Source: Spirochaetia bacterium
Lineage (GTDB): Bacteria > Spirochaetota > Spirochaetia > SP-2023
DNA length: 64,000 nt
Assembly: GCA_965263295.1 (NCBI GenBank)
Contig: OZ253665.1
Coordinates: forward strand, 960,001 to 1,024,000
Reading direction: 5' to 3'
In this document: positions 52,201 to 61,985 of the stretch, piece after piece
Layout of the letters: the number at the start of each line of letters is the position of its first letter
Numbering within the stretch: position 1 is the first letter of the stretch
Notes under the pieces: model-generated
What the model saw: only the letters and a program-made list of their open reading frames with translations
What the model was told of the DNA's origin: nothing
Database searches by the model: none
Translations under genes and position numbers: made by a program

Positions 52201-52389
52201 GGCACCTTGCCGCGTGTTTTCTCTTGCGTGGCGCAGTATTTGTTGGACTTGTTTGACGAAACCCAGCAAGGCAGAAATATTTTCACCGCGTTCATTGCTT
52301 AGCGGGCGGCGTGCCATGGCATAGTAACTTTTGAAAATCATGGCAAAACCGTCGATTAGGTATAACGGTCCTTCTGCAGTTTCAGGCAT
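49279..52389 (-). CDS. polA: DNA polymerase I
   Basis: 5'-3' exonuclease (LIDG, YKANR, EADD), 3'-5' exonuclease DTETTG, polymerase motifs PNLQNIP, ADYSQIEL, AKSINFG, QVHDE. Confidence 0.98.
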   Translation of the reverse strand: MPETAEGPLYLIDGFAMIFKSYYAMARRPLSNERGENISALLGFVKQVQQILRHARENTRQGAAHVAILLDGGGPTFRHELYPKYKANRDAAPDDLVAQLSHLKPLLELWGLPRYQCSGYEADDLIATLARRASAEKCGCNIVTADKDLYQLIDDRISILKLEKGQIEYHRAAYVIEKWGVEPQQIRDYLAIVGDISDNVPGVKGIGAKGAARLLADYHSMEGIYAHLAEIKSNSMRNKLEESRETAFLSYELVRLEDQLPEFGQLPWDELWRELEVPATAYSGKGAQPNHNFAIFLQGLGLNQIAGEFAQAQAPVRDNISVEGKADGAKAALGEVPRKNAEIPAQPREKFPCGATLNGPIKNQEDRLLEKQSLALMPPKLHSKTANSIRQMESADSANRGQTTQHAILNTIQDATQHGARRTPGEVFGAYECIQTDEELQKWCRRIDRQKFVAIDTETTGLNELSDQLVGISLAIAKHQAAYIPLKINPQNDSEAVEPLLSAELVRRRLAACLGPDVKIIGQNFKFDFKVLANWGLKLNHIYFDTMIAAWVLDSLQPVGMDALAVRYLGIEPIHFKDLVPKAKKGEVQKTFADVPLTEAVPYAAEDADITWQLYECFANRLKECGLETLFFELEMPLVRILGDMELRGIGCERSQLDHYAAELMDELQKLESMVQSLTGEVFNLNSTQQLAQVLFEKLRLPPGKKTKTGYSTDNSILEKLLHAHPAIAPLLEYRRLGKLYSTYVKSLPEMILARSGRIHTHFSLIGTETGRLSCKDPNLQNIPVKDAAGRRIRSAFQPRPGWSFFSADYSQIELVVLAHLSADPGLCAAFQSGRDIHQQTASKLFHVAPQTVSAEQRRIAKSINFGVIYGMSAFRLSQDLGLSRNDAQSFIEAYFQEFSGVKNFIAQTLARSREQGYVATLAGRRRAIRQLRSNNKNERSHGERMAVNTVVQGSAADIVKRAMILLDAELNHKASEGWQSQMLLQVHDELIFEAPDEERAALQSLVLGIMENACKLDVPLKVNGEWSQRSWGELH

Positions 52390-52411
52390 GCTTCCCTCAT
52401 TTACTGGTTTA

Positions 52412-52858
52412 TCAACCCTCTAGGTTGAAGATTTGGCCCGTTCTGGCATTGTGAGCGCTTGGGCGCCCCGAACCATTCCATTTTAGTGATCTATCGACGT
52501 TTGCAATCTTGCGGGCCAGCAAGCGGCATTCTTCTTGCAATATCCCGCTCAGGTCCTCGTGCGCGGCAATGGCCCGTTCAATTAGATGCTTGACATGTTG
52601 GCGCTTGGTGCCAGGCCATTGCCGCGCCACTTTTTCGTATATCAGGACGGCATCGACATGTTCTTGCACCAGTCTGCTGTAGTCGTAAAACTCACTATGG
52701 CTCAGCCCGCTACCCACATCAGGACAACCGAGGCGCTGGGTAAAATAGACGAGCAGCGCATGCAGTTTGGCAACGCGTTCCTCCAGCTGACAAAGCTCGC
52801 GTTCCTGCGCTATTTCAAAGGGGGAATCTCCGCCTGCCTGCACGCGCACAGTTGCCAC
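52412..52858 (-). CDS. Hypothetical helical protein
   Basis: 148-aa ORF tightly packed between patB and polA on the same strand. Confidence 0.55.
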   Translation of the reverse strand: MATVRVQAGGDSPFEIAQERELCQLEERVAKLHALLVYFTQRLGCPDVGSGLSHSEFYDYSRLVQEHVDAVLIYEKVARQWPGTKRQHVKHLIERAIAAHEDLSGILQEECRLLARKIANVDRSLKWNGSGRPSAHNARTGQIFNLEG

Positions 52859-52866
52859 TCCATTCG

Positions 52867-54072
52867 CTATGTTTTCGCTATGTTAGGGTCGCTTTGGGCG
52901 TAGGCCTGCTTCCACTGTTCTAGCGCTTGAAGCAAGAGCCCTTGCTCGCAGGCAAAATTAATGCGGACACAACTATTGCCGTGGTATAGATCCCCCCAGC
53001 CCAAAGCCAGACCTGCATCCATGAAGAATTTGCGCAAGGCGGCAGGATCTCCATGTAAAAAGTCCCGGCAGTCTACCCAATATAAATAAGTGCCTTCAGG
53101 CATGCTGTGTCGCAGCTCGGGAAATTCTTTTTGGATGAAATCATGCAGAATATTGCGATTTTGGTCGAGGTGACGCAGTAATTGGCCTAGCCATTCGCGG
53201 GCTTCCGGGCGCGTATAGCAAGCTTGCAAAGCTAAGTGCCCCATCAGGGATATATTGCCAATCTCAAACTGCCTGCAGAATTTGCCTAGCTTTTCGAGCA
53301 GGGCCTGGTTGCGGCTCAAGAGATAGGCGCTCCGTAAAGCGGGAATATTAAAAGTTTTGCTCGGCGCTGAGATCATAATGATTTTGTCATAGCTCAAACA
53401 GAATTCACTTCGCAGTATGCATTGATGCCGATGCTCCGGGTATATTAAATCGAAGTGAATTTCGTCGCTGATTAGATAGAGGTCATACTTCTGACAAATG
53501 GATATGACTTCGTTGAGCTCCTGCTGGCTCCAAACCTTGCCCATTGGATTGTGCGGGCTGCACAGCAGGAATATACGCGGTCGCGCGGGGCTCTGCTGAA
53601 TTTGCCGTTCCAACAGTTCAAAATCAATTGTAAAACGCCCTCCCTCATCGACCGTCAGGTAGTTTTCCAGCATTCTGCGACCCGATGCCTCAATGGTCGG
53701 GTAAAAATGATTGTAGGCCGGGCTGTTCAAGATGACGGCTTCATCTGGCGCACAGAGTGATTCAATACAAACGGCTAAGGCTTCAAGTACTCCGGCAAAA
53801 ATCAGACAGTCCCGCGATTTGAGGCCCTTAACTCCATGTGTAGACTCAAGCCAGTTCAATATGGCAAGGCGGCTATTTTCTTCCTGGGCCTTGCTGGAGT
53901 AGCCATAAACTCCGTGTGCCAAACACTGGCGGATGGTGTCTTGTACAACGGTCGGAGCCCGGCAATCCATATCAGCTACCCATAGCGGCAGCAGGTTTTC
54001 GCGGCCAAAATGCTCTTGAAGTGCGTCATACTTTTTGCTATTACTGCCTTTGCGGTCTATAAATTCAAGCAT
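52867..54072 (-). CDS. MalY/PatB family PLP-dependent C-S lyase
   Basis: LWVADMD, GVYGY, CSPHNPMG, SDEIH, PSKTFN, EGTYLYWVD. Confidence 0.93.
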   Translation of the reverse strand: MLEFIDRKGSNSKKYDALQEHFGRENLLPLWVADMDCRAPTVVQDTIRQCLAHGVYGYSSKAQEENSRLAILNWLESTHGVKGLKSRDCLIFAGVLEALAVCIESLCAPDEAVILNSPAYNHFYPTIEASGRRMLENYLTVDEGGRFTIDFELLERQIQQSPARPRIFLLCSPHNPMGKVWSQQELNEVISICQKYDLYLISDEIHFDLIYPEHRHQCILRSEFCLSYDKIIMISAPSKTFNIPALRSAYLLSRNQALLEKLGKFCRQFEIGNISLMGHLALQACYTRPEAREWLGQLLRHLDQNRNILHDFIQKEFPELRHSMPEGTYLYWVDCRDFLHGDPAALRKFFMDAGLALGWGDLYHGNSCVRINFACEQGLLLQALEQWKQAYAQSDPNIAKT

Positions 54073-54082
54073 AACAACTCCT

Positions 54083-55354
54083 TTAAGGTAGTAAAATAAG
54101 CTGTTCGTCGATCACTGTTAAATGCCCCAATGTCTTAAAGCTTTTGCCTTGCACCTGCATCAAGGTAACGGCTTTGAGCACATCCCCGGAATTGTCGAAG
54201 TTGATCTTACCAGAAACACCGGAGTAATTTTTTGTCTTCTGGATATATTTGCGAATTGATGAACCATTGATTGAAGCGAATTCCATTTCGTGTGCACTAC
54301 GTATTGCCCCCAGAACAATATTGGCAGCATCGTAAGTATTATAACTATAACTGTCCGGCTCCATACCGTAAAGCTCCTGGAAGCGGTTTTTGAAATTTAT
54401 GCTCTCAGGCAATTCTGGAATGACACTTGAAATAAAAATGACTCCTTCACCCAGGTCACCCAATGTTGCAAAAAGATCATCAATATAAAATGTTTCTCCA
54501 CTTATCACATTTATTCCCCAACTAATTTCTTGTATATCTTGTAGAATTGTTACTGTGTCCTCTATATAATTGGGCAGAAATAAGGCTTTGGGCTGAGTGT
54601 CGCGCAACAATTTTAATTCATCTCGATATTGTATTTTATCGCGTTCGGCCTCCAGTGAAAGCGTGATTTTGCCGCCGGCAAGTTCGTATTTCTTCCCGAC
54701 ATCCTGGGCCAACGAAATACTGTAGTTGTCATTAGTATATAGAATTGCCATGTTGTCGTAATTTAAAATGTTTGCAATATATGACCCTAGAACCTTGGCC
54801 TGCAAAGAATCGCTGACAATAGTACGAAAGATATAGGGACTTTTAGTCGTCAGTTTTGTATTGGTCGCCGAGCCAGAAATCATTGGCACTTGGGCGCGCA
54901 ACAACGAATCGGCGACGGGCATAGCTACCCTAGATAAAGAAGGCCCCAGCAGGGCCACAATTTTATCTTCCTTCAGCATTTCTTCTGCGAGTTTTACACC
55001 TAGTTCAGGGTCACCTTCGGTATCTTTAATAATGAGTCTAACCTGATAACCATTCTCTTCCTGTCGTTTCTTAAATTCTTCAAACGCCATTTCAGCGGCC
55101 TTGGCTTGAGGAATGCCATAACTTGAGTCTTTTCCGCTTAACGGCCCCATAAAGCCAATATTGTATACCGGTGTTTCTCGACAGCCGTTGAATAATGTGC
55201 AGAAGAATATCCCAAGGAATGTGAATATATAAAACCAAGGGAAAGCACTCAAGCATTGTAAAGTCTGGCCTGAATGTTTTTTACAAATGTCCATTTTAAA
55301 ACCCTTTTCATCCCTAAAAATTATAGAGGTATACTGCTTTGGAGATTTTTTCAT
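54083..55354 (-). CDS. Branched-chain amino acid (LivJ/LivK-type) ABC substrate-binding lipoprotein
   Basis: Lipobox-like FNGC, IGFMGPLSG, DTEGDP, YIFRT, YDAA, GVSGKINFD. Confidence 0.85.
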   Translation of the reverse strand: MKKSPKQYTSIIFRDEKGFKMDICKKHSGQTLQCLSAFPWFYIFTFLGIFFCTLFNGCRETPVYNIGFMGPLSGKDSSYGIPQAKAAEMAFEEFKKRQEENGYQVRLIIKDTEGDPELGVKLAEEMLKEDKIVALLGPSLSRVAMPVADSLLRAQVPMISGSATNTKLTTKSPYIFRTIVSDSLQAKVLGSYIANILNYDNMAILYTNDNYSISLAQDVGKKYELAGGKITLSLEAERDKIQYRDELKLLRDTQPKALFLPNYIEDTVTILQDIQEISWGINVISGETFYIDDLFATLGDLGEGVIFISSVIPELPESINFKNRFQELYGMEPDSYSYNTYDAANIVLGAIRSAHEMEFASINGSSIRKYIQKTKNYSGVSGKINFDNSGDVLKAVTLMQVQGKSFKTLGHLTVIDEQLILLP

Positions 55355-55468
55355 AACACCTTCAGAAACCCATACACCATAAAAACAAGGCTTGCAAGTT
55401 TTTTAATCAGATATAATTTGATATATTAAAATCTGTGTAAAATTATAAAATCATGTTTTTGAAATAAA

Positions 55469-57187
55469 TCATTCCCATTCAATGGTTGCCGGCGGTTTGG
55501 CAGAAATATCGTAAACGACCCGACTGATTTGCGGGAAGCGATTGCTAATGCGAGTGGAAATTTTTTGCAGTTGCTCATAGCTGAATGGATAAATTTCTGC
55601 GCTCATGCCATCGACCGAAGTGATGGCTCGCAAAGCAATTACGGGTCCATAATGACGGCTGTCGCCAGTGACGCCCACACTTTGCACGGGCAGTAGAACG
55701 GCAAAGGCTTGCCAAATTTGGGCATAAATGCCCAGTTCACGCAAAGTTTCGCAGTAAACGTGATCAATATCACGCAACAGATCAATTTTGGCCTTGTCAG
55801 TGTCACCCAAAACGCGTATGGCCAAGCCGGGGCCAGGAAAAGGTTGCCGTTGGGTGATGTCGCGGCTCAATCCCAGATTCTCGCCTAGGCGTCTTACCTC
55901 GTCTTTATACAAGCTGGCCAAGGGTTCAATCAGGCGCTTTTGCTCGCGCAGCTCACGCACGAGAGGGGTACTCACGTTATGATGAGATTTAATCGTCACA
56001 GCATAAGTGCCGACACCCATGCCGGACTCAATCATGTCGGTGTAGAGGGTGCCTTGGGCCAGGAAGTAGCGGGTGTCCGCGGGAAAGAGTTTGCGAATTT
56101 CGCGCTCCTGGATCCGTATAAATAGGTCGCCAATGATGCTGCGCTTCTTTTCAGGTTCTGAAATCCCAACCAGAGCCTGGAGAAACTCCGCGCGGGCGTC
56201 TACTTGGTGAACGTACTTGGCTCCGAGTTCGCTGAGTTGCATTGCAACTTGCTCGGTTTCACCGAGGCGCATCAGGCCAGTATCAAAGTAGAGCAGGTGG
56301 ATTTGTTCGGCGGGTAAGTGGCGCAGGAGCATTGCGGCCACGACAGATGAGTCTACGCCGCCAGAAATTAATAGTGCGACCGGCGAGTCTCTAACCTGCC
56401 GGCAAATTTCCTTTGCTTCGGCTTTTTGCCAGCTTTCCAGCGTCCAGCTGGTGGCGCAGTTACATATGGCCGCAGCAAAATTGGTCAAAAATTGCTGACC
56501 ATATTCGCAGTGACTGACTTCCGGGTGGAACTGCAAGCCGTAGAACTGAAAGTCTTTCGCTATTATCGCCGTGCTTTGTGTCTCGCTGAACCCCGCTGAT
56601 GCCAAACCGTTTTGCACCGCGTCGCGCAGAGCCGAGGAAGCGATATTCAGGCCTACCGAACGAACGATAGCCGGTAAACCGTGCTCACTTTGACCCAAAA
56701 GTTCGAACTGGGGCGGCAGGGACTTCAGGCTGTCGGCATGACTCATCCATGAAATGAAATCTGAAGCTATATATTTTGTCAGGAGCTCATCCGGTTGCAG
56801 GACATAGACCGAGTTGGGGCCATATTCTTTGTGCTCCAGAGCCTCTACTCGACCTCCGAGATGCTGGCTGAACCAGTGCAGACCGTAGCAGATTCCCAAA
56901 GTTGGCACGAGGGCGGCCAATGCCAAAATCTGTTCACAAGGCTGTGGTGCGTTTTCTTCGTAGACTGAAAATGGAGAACCAGAAAAAATTAGGCCCTTGA
57001 TGTTCTGTAAGTCGCATTCATGCAGCCATTTGAATACAGGCGTTAGCGGAGAAATAATCTGTGCATATACGCCGTGGTCGCGCAGGCGACGACATATCAG
57101 GTGTGCCGTCTGACCGCCAAAATCGACAACGAGAATTTGTTCTTTATCAGCTTGTATTTGCCGAACCGAGTTACAGTTGTTTTTCAT
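55469..57187 (-). CDS. guaA: GMP synthase (glutamine-hydrolysing)
   Basis: DFGGQ, GICYG, MSHAD, QFHPEV, SGGVDS, IKSHHN, PFPGPGL, KPPATIEWE. Confidence 0.97.
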   Translation of the reverse strand: MKNNCNSVRQIQADKEQILVVDFGGQTAHLICRRLRDHGVYAQIISPLTPVFKWLHECDLQNIKGLIFSGSPFSVYEENAPQPCEQILALAALVPTLGICYGLHWFSQHLGGRVEALEHKEYGPNSVYVLQPDELLTKYIASDFISWMSHADSLKSLPPQFELLGQSEHGLPAIVRSVGLNIASSALRDAVQNGLASAGFSETQSTAIIAKDFQFYGLQFHPEVSHCEYGQQFLTNFAAAICNCATSWTLESWQKAEAKEICRQVRDSPVALLISGGVDSSVVAAMLLRHLPAEQIHLLYFDTGLMRLGETEQVAMQLSELGAKYVHQVDARAEFLQALVGISEPEKKRSIIGDLFIRIQEREIRKLFPADTRYFLAQGTLYTDMIESGMGVGTYAVTIKSHHNVSTPLVRELREQKRLIEPLASLYKDEVRRLGENLGLSRDITQRQPFPGPGLAIRVLGDTDKAKIDLLRDIDHVYCETLRELGIYAQIWQAFAVLLPVQSVGVTGDSRHYGPVIALRAITSVDGMSAEIYPFSYEQLQKISTRISNRFPQISRVVYDISAKPPATIEWE

Positions 57188-57614
57188 AGCCTGGAAAATC
57201 CTAAGAAATAGTCGTTACAGACATTTTGCGCAAATGCAGCTCACAAAATCCCAGGCGGCAAGTATACTGTATCGCCGCTACGCCACAAGCTCCACGCGGG
57301 TGCATTGGGAAATACAACGAGAGAAAAGTAAGCAATGGAATCAAATGACACTTAAAATCGGGGAAGCTCTTTCTGCTTGACTTTTTGCGATAAACTTACA
57401 TAATTACTCACTTCAATATTAGCTGTGCCACTATAAATCGTTTGCGGCCAGAGCTAGGACTTAGTATTTTATTTGACGTACCCAAATTGTTTTTGTTCCA
57501 TTTTTTTTCTGATAAAATCCCGTATTTTGTCTTCGTGTGTGCAATAATGCCTTGTCTAAACGCAATAGCACAGGGGGCCAAACCGAGTATTGCATTTAAT
57601 CTAGGAAGGACTAC

Positions 57615-58283
57615 ATGGCAAAAGAACCTGTAAAACAACCTGATAACAGCGTAGAATACATAGAGACTCCTGTCAAGATTGAGCCGCAGAAGGCTGGAGG
57701 CAAAAAGGCTCCCGGCAAGAAAAATCCGGCTGCCAAGACTGAAAGAGAAGCCACAGTGACTTCCAGCCGCAAGTCTGCGGCCTCCAAACGGGTGGGCTTC
57801 AAGGTCGGACAGGATGTCGTTTATCCGCTGCAGGGTGTCGGTAAAATTACAGAAAAATCTAGCCGCGAGTTTAAAGGCGAAAACGTCGATTATTATACTA
57901 TTTATATCGCCGCTACGGACATGACGGTAATGCTGCCTGTCGACAAGGTGTACGAGTTAGGCTTGCGGCCTATTGTTCCCAAGGCAGATGCGGAACAGGC
58001 CCTAAAGTCAATGTCGGACAAAAACGAACCGTTAACTAGTGACTGGAAAATACGTTATCAGAATAATCTGGACCTGCTAAAAGAAGGCGGGGTTATGGAT
58101 ATTGCTACCGTCGTGCGCTCTTTATATCATCGTAGCAAGGTTAAAGAGCTACCGATTCTAGAGCGCAAGCTATATGACAACGCGCTGAAATTGATGATAG
58201 ACGAGATATCTCTGGCTCTGATACGTGAAAAGGAAGAAATTGAAGATTTACTGCATACCCGGCTGGAGAATAGCAACAACTAA
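57615..58283 (+). CDS. carD: CarD family transcriptional regulator
   Basis: FKVGQDVVYPLQGVGKI, WKIRY, EISLAL. Confidence 0.92.
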   Translation: MAKEPVKQPDNSVEYIETPVKIEPQKAGGKKAPGKKNPAAKTEREATVTSSRKSAASKRVGFKVGQDVVYPLQGVGKITEKSSREFKGENVDYYTIYIAATDMTVMLPVDKVYELGLRPIVPKADAEQALKSMSDKNEPLTSDWKIRYQNNLDLLKEGGVMDIATVVRSLYHRSKVKELPILERKLYDNALKLMIDEISLALIREKEEIEDLLHTRLENSNN

Positions 58284-58811
58284 ATGCAGATCCGAATTGG
58301 GCAGGGTTATGATTTGCACCGTTTGCGCGCCGAAACGGGAGCTGGGCTTTATCTCGGGGGATTTCTGGTGCGTTGTAACTATGTCGCCGTGGCCCACTCT
58401 GACGGCGACGTGCTCTGTCATGCCGTCATTGACAGTTTGTTGGGGGCTTTAGCACTCGGCGATATTGGCACTCACTTTTCGCCGCAAGAAAAACGTTGGC
58501 GCAATGCGGACAGCCGAGAAATGCTGCGCTCTGTCTATCATGACTTAGTGTTGGCAAGGGGTTATCAGCTGCTGAACCTGGATTGCACGGTTGTCCTGCA
58601 AGAGGTCCGCCTGCGCCTATTGATTGATGACATCCGCAATCACTTGTTGCAGGCTTTTGACTGTCGTAAAGCTTATAATTTCCAGCAAGTTGCGGCATTA
58701 GATTTGGAACGAATCAGTGTAAAGGCCAAGACAAAAGAAGGGGTCGATGCTGTAGGACGTGGTGAGGCTGTAGAAGTTTTTGCCAGCTGCCTTTTACAGA
58801 AATTTCAGTGA
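58284..58811 (+). CDS. ispF: 2-C-methyl-D-erythritol 2,4-cyclodiphosphate synthase
   Basis: RIGQGYDLH, HSDGDVLCHA, GDIGTHF, SVKAKT. Confidence 0.95.
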   Translation: MQIRIGQGYDLHRLRAETGAGLYLGGFLVRCNYVAVAHSDGDVLCHAVIDSLLGALALGDIGTHFSPQEKRWRNADSREMLRSVYHDLVLARGYQLLNLDCTVVLQEVRLRLLIDDIRNHLLQAFDCRKAYNFQQVAALDLERISVKAKTKEGVDAVGRGEAVEVFASCLLQKFQ

Positions 58812-58822
58812 TTTCTTCTACG

Positions 58823-59863
58823 TTAATTTCTTATCAGATCCAATTCTTCAATACTGGCCTTAAACTCGCGTTTTTGGCCGAGCAGAGTCTCTGCGTAGCG
58901 TTGTTCGGTGGTTTCATTGAGCAACAAATGTATGTTTTTGAGTCCTAACCGAGGGGCAAATTCCTCTAAGAATCTGGCGAGCAAATAATTTTCCAAGTTT
59001 AATGCAGAGTATTCAGGTGCGCTGCAGCTCAGCAGGATGTGGGCACTTTGCGCCTGGTTCTGCCAGGTCCAATATAGCCTGGCTGCGATCTCACCACTAG
59101 GGTCCACGGCTTCTAGGCAATTTAGCCATGGAATGTCCTCACAAAGTTCGCACGACATGGCAAATGAAGTATTTTCTGTCGGCTGGCTGACACTGATTAA
59201 ACTTAAGCAATGCAGTAAGCTAAAGGCGCGAGACTGTTGTTTTATTTCATTTAGAGCGACGAACTCACGCGCGTACTCGCGCACTCGTGATCGCAGTTCA
59301 AAGTCTTCATGCAGGAGAGTTTCGGCTAGACTGGCTGCGGTTTCTTCCTCCTGTAAGCAGGTGCAAATATTCTCGGCTAAATTGTGGCCCAGTTGCCGCT
59401 CCCATTTATGCTCACGGCTTAGTTGCTTCAACAGCTCAAGCAAGTGCCTGGCTTGAGGGAATTCCGAAGAATACCAGGCTTTGAGATATTCACAAAAGCG
59501 CTGTTCTTTGAAAGTTTGCCAAGCGAGTTTTAATTCAGGGAACTTTTTCAAATAACTGCGATAACGTTTGAAAACCTGGTGCCGGCTGCGCAGAATTTTT
59601 AATAGTTCTGTACCGTTGTCTAGCTGTTCGCAGCTGCGGGCAAAGTTGTACATAAGGTCGTAACCTTGGTCCGAAGTCCATGGAGGCAAAGGAAATATGC
59701 TTTCTCCCAAGTACCCTGGCCCAATCTCTAGGAGCTCTGGTTCCAGTTCGACGAGGCTGCCTTTAGCCAGGTTGAGCCAGAGTTCACTTTGCCGGTTATG
59801 GTGTTCCAAGCTGTAAATTAGGGTACTCAGCGCCGGTAATTGATATTTGCGAGACATTGTCAA
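58823..59863 (-). CDS. UPF0158-like protein with a possible degenerate GNAT C-terminus
   Basis: LPPWTSDQGYDLMYNFA...VFKRYR..L...W..FK. Confidence 0.6.
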   Translation of the reverse strand: MTMSRKYQLPALSTLIYSLEHHNRQSELWLNLAKGSLVELEPELLEIGPGYLGESIFPLPPWTSDQGYDLMYNFARSCEQLDNGTELLKILRSRHQVFKRYRSYLKKFPELKLAWQTFKEQRFCEYLKAWYSSEFPQARHLLELLKQLSREHKWERQLGHNLAENICTCLQEEETAASLAETLLHEDFELRSRVREYAREFVALNEIKQQSRAFSLLHCLSLISVSQPTENTSFAMSCELCEDIPWLNCLEAVDPSGEIAARLYWTWQNQAQSAHILLSCSAPEYSALNLENYLLARFLEEFAPRLGLKNIHLLLNETTEQRYAETLLGQKREFKASIEELDLIRN

Positions 59864-59956
59864 TCCCTCCTTGCCCCTGTTCTTCTGCAGACCTCGCTAT
59901 TGCGAGAACACGGGACGAGAACGAGGTTCTAGAACACGGGGCAGGTGCCTGATTCC

Positions 59957-61090
59957 TTAAAAACCGTGCCTATGGCTTTGGTTCAATTGGTAGTCTTCTA
60001 AACAAGAGGCTATTATTTTATTTTCAATTAACTTGCATGCTACGTCTAGCTCTGCTGGCAATTGAGAATCTGTGGGATTTTTGTTGCGTTGAATGCCATT
60101 GTCGATCTTTAGTGGCACGGGATCTATGGCACACAGGTAGTAAAAGTGAAAATCGTAGTAATCCACCTTCACCACGTCGACGCGAAGCTGACATTTCAAG
60201 CGCTGACATTCTGAAGCAAGCGCCAGCCAGTCTCTGTCGGGAAACACATTTTGCAGTTTTTCCAGATCAAAACTGGCAAGATTGTCCCAAGACTTTTTTT
60301 GCACGTACAACGGTAAAGCCATGCGTTGCTCTGGCAAAGGCGTCAAAGGGATTTGCCCCAAGTAGTAATGCCAGCGATAGCGGCGCAGCCCGGAGCGACT
60401 AGTTAAAACTAGGCTCAGGACGTTGTTTGGCAAGCCTTGGATGCGATAAATGGCACAACGGTCTGTCGGGTCCTGATCTGTGGCCGAAGGTGTATGGACA
60501 AAGCCGGGATTGTCGATAAGGCCTTTGTCTGTTGAGGCTTGCTCGTCAGCCAATTCTCGTTGTTGAGGGACTTTTTGCCGGGCCGTATCTGCAGGGTGCC
60601 CCAGATGGCTTAAAATACGCCGCAATCTAAATAAATATGCGACTAAAGCAAGATGCAGCAATGCTGCGAAAAATTTTAATGTAAAACCAATTAGAGTGCT
60701 GAATTCTCTCGGATTGTCTGTGCCCTGCAGCAGGGCTTCCAGTTTGTGGCGATATATCCAGTAGGCAATCGCCAGAATACTGAGCAATAAAGCGGGAAAG
60801 AACCATTGCCCCAGACTGCTCCAAGCATCGCGGCGAGCTATTTTCTGCAGATATTCAGTTTCTACCCGGTTACAGAATCGTCGAAAACTGGCCTTTTGAG
60901 CTTGTAATTCCAGTGGAGCGTACGGTTTTGCCGCCGATTCGGGAGGTTCTGCGGGGATACCTAGGTTAACTTTACCTGAAGATAAAGGAGCGAGGTTCAT
61001 ACGAACACAACATTGTCCGCAGAATGACAAAAGAAACAAGGGGGATTCAAAGGATTCAAAGGATTCAAAGGATTCAAGATTTTCTGTCAA
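59957..61090 (-). CDS. Hypothetical membrane protein with two TM helices (start uncertain)
   Basis: 377-aa ORF with two hydrophobic segments. Confidence 0.55.
   Translation of the reverse strand: MTENLESFESFESFESPLFLLSFCGQCCVRMNLAPLSSGKVNLGIPAEPPESAAKPYAPLELQAQKASFRRFCNRVETEYLQKIARRDAWSSLGQWFFPALLLSILAIAYWIYRHKLEALLQGTDNPREFSTLIGFTLKFFAALLHLALVAYLFRLRRILSHLGHPADTARQKVPQQRELADEQASTDKGLIDNPGFVHTPSATDQDPTDRCAIYRIQGLPNNVLSLVLTSRSGLRRYRWHYYLGQIPLTPLPEQRMALPLYVQKKSWDNLASFDLEKLQNVFPDRDWLALASECQRLKCQLRVDVVKVDYYDFHFYYLCAIDPVPLKIDNGIQRNKNPTDSQLPAELDVACKLIENKIIASCLEDYQLNQSHRHGF
61043..61078. repeat. 9-bp tandem repeat GGATTCAAA, 4 copies
   Basis: Copies at 61043, 61052, 61061 and 61070 (last copy has one mismatch). 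Confidence 0.9.
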
Positions 61091-61192
61091 GTTTTATGCA
61101 CAAACAGCGAGAATTCATGCTTCATTCATTTTGTACTTGTATAATAAATTTTTGTAGCGCTCTACCCCAAAGAGAATAATGGAGATATATTT

Positions 61193-61942
61193 ATGTTAAT
61201 GAAGGCAGACGGCAAGCATATATTGTTGGTTGAAGATGAGAGCCAGATCCGCAAACTTTTGTACGACTTTCTCAGTTCAAGAGGTTTTGAGGTTAGCGTT
61301 GCAGCGGATGGTGCTGAAGGGATTAAGAAGTTTTTTACCGCACAGCCGGATATTATTTTACTGGATATCATGATGCCAGGAGAAGATGGATTTTCTGTGC
61401 TGACCAAAATCAGGGAGCGCAGTTTTGTGCCCGTTATTATGATTACCGCACGAGTCGATATCGAAGACCGCATCAGGGGCTTGAATTCTGGCGCCGATGA
61501 TTACGTATGTAAACCTTTTTCATTTAAGGAGCTGGAATCCCGCATTTTGGCTAACCTACGTTATCCTCAGAGGAGTTTGACGTCTGATGGTGAGGCTACG
61601 GAAGCGGGATCGTCCTCAGGAGAGGGAGACCTGGAACTCAAACTCGGTGGGCTGCATCTCAATGCGGCCTATCACAGCTGTACCTATGCCGGGCGGGAAG
61701 TGCGTCTCACGGCAATGCAGTTCATTATATTAAGTCTTTTAATGGAAAAGGCTGGGCGTGTTTTTAACCGGGATCAAATAGGCGATGCCCTGAGTATGAA
61801 TGGTGCCTATGAAGGGTTCCACCGTACGATAGATGCACATATCAAGAATTTACGCAAAGCCTTGCAGGCTGTAGGTTGTGACGGCAATATTATCGAAACA
61901 GTACGCGGAGTCGGATATAAATTTGCGGTTCAAGACTCATGA
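61193..61942 (+). CDS. OmpR-family response regulator
   Basis: LLVEDE, LLDIMMP, GADDYVCKPF, RTIDAHIKNLR, TVRGVGYK. Confidence 0.95.
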   Translation: MLMKADGKHILLVEDESQIRKLLYDFLSSRGFEVSVAADGAEGIKKFFTAQPDIILLDIMMPGEDGFSVLTKIRERSFVPVIMITARVDIEDRIRGLNSGADDYVCKPFSFKELESRILANLRYPQRSLTSDGEATEAGSSSGEGDLELKLGGLHLNAAYHSCTYAGREVRLTAMQFIILSLLMEKAGRVFNRDQIGDALSMNGAYEGFHRTIDAHIKNLRKALQAVGCDGNIIETVRGVGYKFAVQDS

Positions 61943-61985
61943 CTGATTGATGGCTAAATTGGGCGCAAATCGGGCGGAGGTGTAA

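Noticed and set aside
52412..52858. FlgN/FliT-like flagellar chaperone call
   Set aside because: Only a vague helical pattern and C-terminal resemblance; left as hypothetical
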